From Cystobasidiomycetes sp. EMM_F5 (Eukaryota): a DNA stretch of 64,000 nucleotides. The stretch covers positions 434,001 to 498,000 of the forward strand of contig JBPGPT010000005.1 in the NCBI GenBank assembly GCA_051047955.1, read 5' to 3'. This document shows, in pieces, positions 60,918 through 64,000 of the stretch (positions are counted from its first letter, which is position 1; every line of letters starts with the position of its first letter). The notes under the pieces were generated by a model. The model did not search any database. It saw only the letters and a list, made by a program, of their open reading frames with translations, and was not told where the DNA came from. The translations under genes and the position numbers were made by a program.

Positions 60918-62807
60918 TTAGCGCGGCGGTCGTCGCTGACCGCAACCACCACAGATGCCAGCATCTTCGTGGTTCTGTGAAATCACATTTCAGCTTACGC
61001 CCTAACCTGCAGCAATAATGGACTTGCCGCAAAAGCTCCGCCTGCGCAGAACTTGGACGTGCATTTCCAGCTGGCGGTCCTATCTGTGTCCAATACACAT
61101 GAACAGACCATACACAAGATGTTCTCCACTCCGTTGGCCGTTGTACAAGCCGGACAAGCGATTTCGTCTGCACCCAAAGTAGCACCGAGGGCGGGAGGCA
61201 ATGGTAGACCGCTATGGCCATCCAAGTCTTCTGCCTTTGACGGCATCAACGTAGGGCTGCGCCTTGCAGATGTGCTTGGGCGAGGAGCAGCAATGCGCGC
61301 AGGCACATCTCCGTCCGATTCTTCCTCTGTATCGCCAGTGCTTCCGCCAGCAGCCGTATAGCCGTTCGTGCACTGCACTTCGTTTACACGTTCTTGCGAA
61401 GAAGGCGGCGGAGGGGTTGGAGCTGTTTCGCTATCGGAATCTCGCTCAGTATCGCTGGAATCCATGATTGCAGGAGCCTTGTTATTGTGCGGGGTTGTAG
61501 CGCGACCAGAAGTACTCGCCTTGGCGCGGCTGGGACTACCGGCTAGCACGAGACCTGCTACTTCGCTCCGGATATCCTTCCAATTCTCCTGTAGATCGTC
61601 GTCGTCTTCGAGTTTAACATACTTGTTTCCACCTCCGAGATCCACAGTACCTTGTTCGTCTTCAGTGGCTGACTCATCGGTTGAAATTTCCTCGTCCTTC
61701 ACCCCGGCTGATACTTGTTCGCGCTTGGCAGATGTTGATGCCTCCGCTTTGCTTGCTTCGAGCCTCCTCAATGCGGCTTCCGCACGTAAATCTCTTCCCC
61801 TCTGGCTCTGAGCGACGCGTGGCTTTACTGCGACAGCCTTCTTCCCCTTGCCCTTGCCTTTCTCCAGCAACATTCGCTTCTCTTGGTCTGCTCCGAGGCT
61901 CTCACCTTCCCCTTTTCCAAAAAGACGCTCCTTCCGTATTTGCTGCCGCTCAGCATACGTTCTCTTCCTTTTTCTGCTCTCGTCTGCTGTTTTTGCCTTT
62001 CTGTAAGCACCACCGCACAAATTTTCCGGAAGTTCCTCGTCGGGGATCTCCCGCTGTTCTGTCAGCCCGGTACTGAGACTCTGACCTCTGCCGTAGAAGC
62101 CATCGCCGGTGTAGCCTCGTGCGGTCAACACTAAGGAAGACAGGCGTAAATTCTCCCCTTCTCCGCTCTTTTTAAGTCTACTTTCGTACCAGCAAGCTCC
62201 TTGTGGTATCCTATTCGCACAGCATGAAAGTATTTCGAGTGATTCATATGTTTGATCTGCCCTATATAAGTCAGTTCCGCGCCTGTTCACTGTCGAGTAT
62301 GCGCACATGTGCCATTTCATGTAGCATGACTTTGCAGACAAAGGAGAAAGGGAGCCACATTCCGGTCATGGGCGACTTTAGGACCAGTTGAATGCACTCT
62401 CCCGCGTTGAAATTACGGCCCTATAAAGCTGCTTAACGATGCCGACAGAGCAAGCTGATTGGTGTATTCACCCAAAATTCCCGGTTCGGCGGAAAGTCCT
62501 CCAAGGTCATTACACCTAGATGATTGTCTCGCATGATTGGCCATACGATTGCGGCAACTCGCTCGAGAATGTCTTGCGCAATATCCTTGTCTGGTTCATC
62601 ACGGACTTTGATGAAGGTGATATTTTGGTTAGGCCGTTGCCGCCTTGACCGTCGAAGCGAAGTAAGCTACTAGCTGGACGGAGTCTTGATTTGACGCTGC
62701 TCACCTTTCATTGAGACCTGCACATGCGAAATAATTTGTTTACATCAACAAAACGCGTACAGCTGCGTCACTGCACAAAATTGCGAACGGGTGAGTCCAA
62801 TAGGCAT
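60918..62807 (-). CDS. WSS1: WLM (Wss1-like) metalloprotease with C-terminal RanBP2-type Zn fingers
   Basis: MPIGLTRLNER, GRNFNAGECIQLVLK, VMLHEMAH (HExxH), RGYTGDGF, CPACTTAN...CMVC and WKC...ICGGCG. Confidence 0.9.
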
Positions 62808-62998
62808 GGCTGTAACGGGTACTGCGACTGTGACAGCAACAGACAGCCAGAGAAATGCTTGAAGACCTTTCGCGCAGCATACTACTGCGTCGGTCTTGTC
62901 ATGACGGCGTTGATCGAAAGAGAGGCAGCTGCAACAGCTTGAAGCTTGGATGTTTGCTTCTGCCTAGCGTGAGGCCGTCTCACGAAAGCCCTAGCAGA

Positions 62999-63545
62999 AT
63001 GTCGGCCTCTTCATCGTCAACAGCAGAACCGCAGAAGGAAGTGTCGAAAGTCCGGACCTTTCTAGCCGCAATTCCACCAAACGCAGCGTCGGTGGAAAGC
63101 GACGTAAGTTTTCAATCAAAGCGGGACAGCTCAGAGGTAAGCTCGCACAGGCAGCTCTTTTCAGTTATACTGTAAGAGACTGAAGCTTTTCCTTGACTGA
63201 TTAGAGCGATCTATGTCGTAAGCTACCTGGCGGTGGCACGACATGCATCAAGGTGAAATGAAGCGATCATCGCTCTCACAAGTGTCACTGACCAACAATC
63301 ACGCACAGGTCTTTCTCTCTTCTACCGCCCTATTCTCCTCGATACAAAAAATGGGCTATCTGTGCATGGCGCCAGTAGACCCTCTTTCGACAGAGATTCG
63401 TACGTAGTCACAGCGATACCTTTCTACGATGACCATTTTTTTGACATGATTCTCACGAACAGAATGTACGCGTATAGCTCATGGGCCAGTGGCTCCGGAG
63501 CTCGATGTGGGGCGAACGAGTAACGCTACTCCGCCAATTGCGTAA
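62999..63545 (+). CDS. Small hypothetical Cys-containing protein (multi-exon)
   Basis: MSASSSSTAEPQKEV...LPGGGTTCIK VFLSSTALFSSIQKMGYLCMAPVDPLSTEIQCTRIA... assembled from short exons. Confidence 0.55.
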
Positions 63546-63840
63546 TGACATATACGAAGTTCTGGTGCCTCCTGACTGCCGACATGCATATGTGCAAATG
63601 CCGCTCTTTCGCCTTTTGTCGCCACCAGAAAGTCAGCTAACGCACTCACTTTAGCTTGACGTGCGATGCTATTCCGGTCAGAAAGGATTCAAAGCTGGCA
63701 CAGGTCAAAACCTTGTATCAACGGGCATGCAGCGCACTGCATCGCCTAACTTAGCGGGGACAATTGACGTGCACTGCAGTCTTCTGAAACCTTTCATCGG
63801 CGTCATAGGATGACATTTGAAAGATTGACACCCGCACACG

Positions 63841-63848
63841 TATATAAG
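63841..63848 (+). promoter_or_regulatory. TATA box upstream of the ATG at 63943
   Basis: TATATAAG followed by a pyrimidine-rich stretch about 100 nt before a signal-peptide ATG. Confidence 0.55.
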
Positions 63849-63942
63849 CTCGCCTTTTCGCTGTTTCTTTCCTGCACTTGCACACTCACTCCAAATCTCA
63901 ACTTAATCCCAAATCTTCCAATTCGTATTTACATTTAGCACT

Positions 63943-64000
63943 ATGATCCGCATTGCTCGTCTACTGCTCTGCGTCGCTGCAATCTCAACCGGAACAACCA
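63943..64000 (+). CDS. 5' end of a probable secreted protein (truncated by window end)
   Basis: MIRIARLLLCVAAISTGTT is signal-peptide-like. Confidence 0.5.
   Translation, partial: MIRIARLLLCVAAISTGTT

Overview
This is a gene-dense, intron-rich eukaryotic window with short introns (mostly about 50-70 nt, GT/GC-AG, CTRAC-type branch points) and several microexons. By inference it comes from a basidiomycete fungus, probably a Pucciniomycotina yeast. It carries about 29 protein-coding genes. Conserved housekeeping genes include ATP7, an RRM+R3H protein, PAAF1/Rpn14-like, LEU1, TSC1, L2HGDH, UTP14, a phosphatase-only PNK3P/Tpp1-like gene, an SSU1-type TDT channel, HIBADH, HEM1, MOG1, PUP2, EMC6, SYF1, delta-8 sphingolipid desaturase and WSS1-like. 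Two accessory blocks interrupt them. Block 1 (about 22.3-33.6 kb) contains a roughly 1250-aa spliced orphan with an OTU-like protease domain, a predicted uracil-DNA-glycosylase-like fold and a duplicated C-terminal module, lying directly downstream of the DNA 3'-phosphatase. It also holds a two-CCHC-knuckle gene, a 14-copy 8-bp minisatellite and other orphans. Block 2 (about 42.8-48.8 kb) contains a secreted ricin-type lectin and a 2.4-kb tandemly duplicated two-domain orphan gene that the ORF track splits into four ORFs. No rRNA, tRNA, CRISPR array or intact transposon was recognised. All family calls are from motif recognition by eye; no database searches were run.
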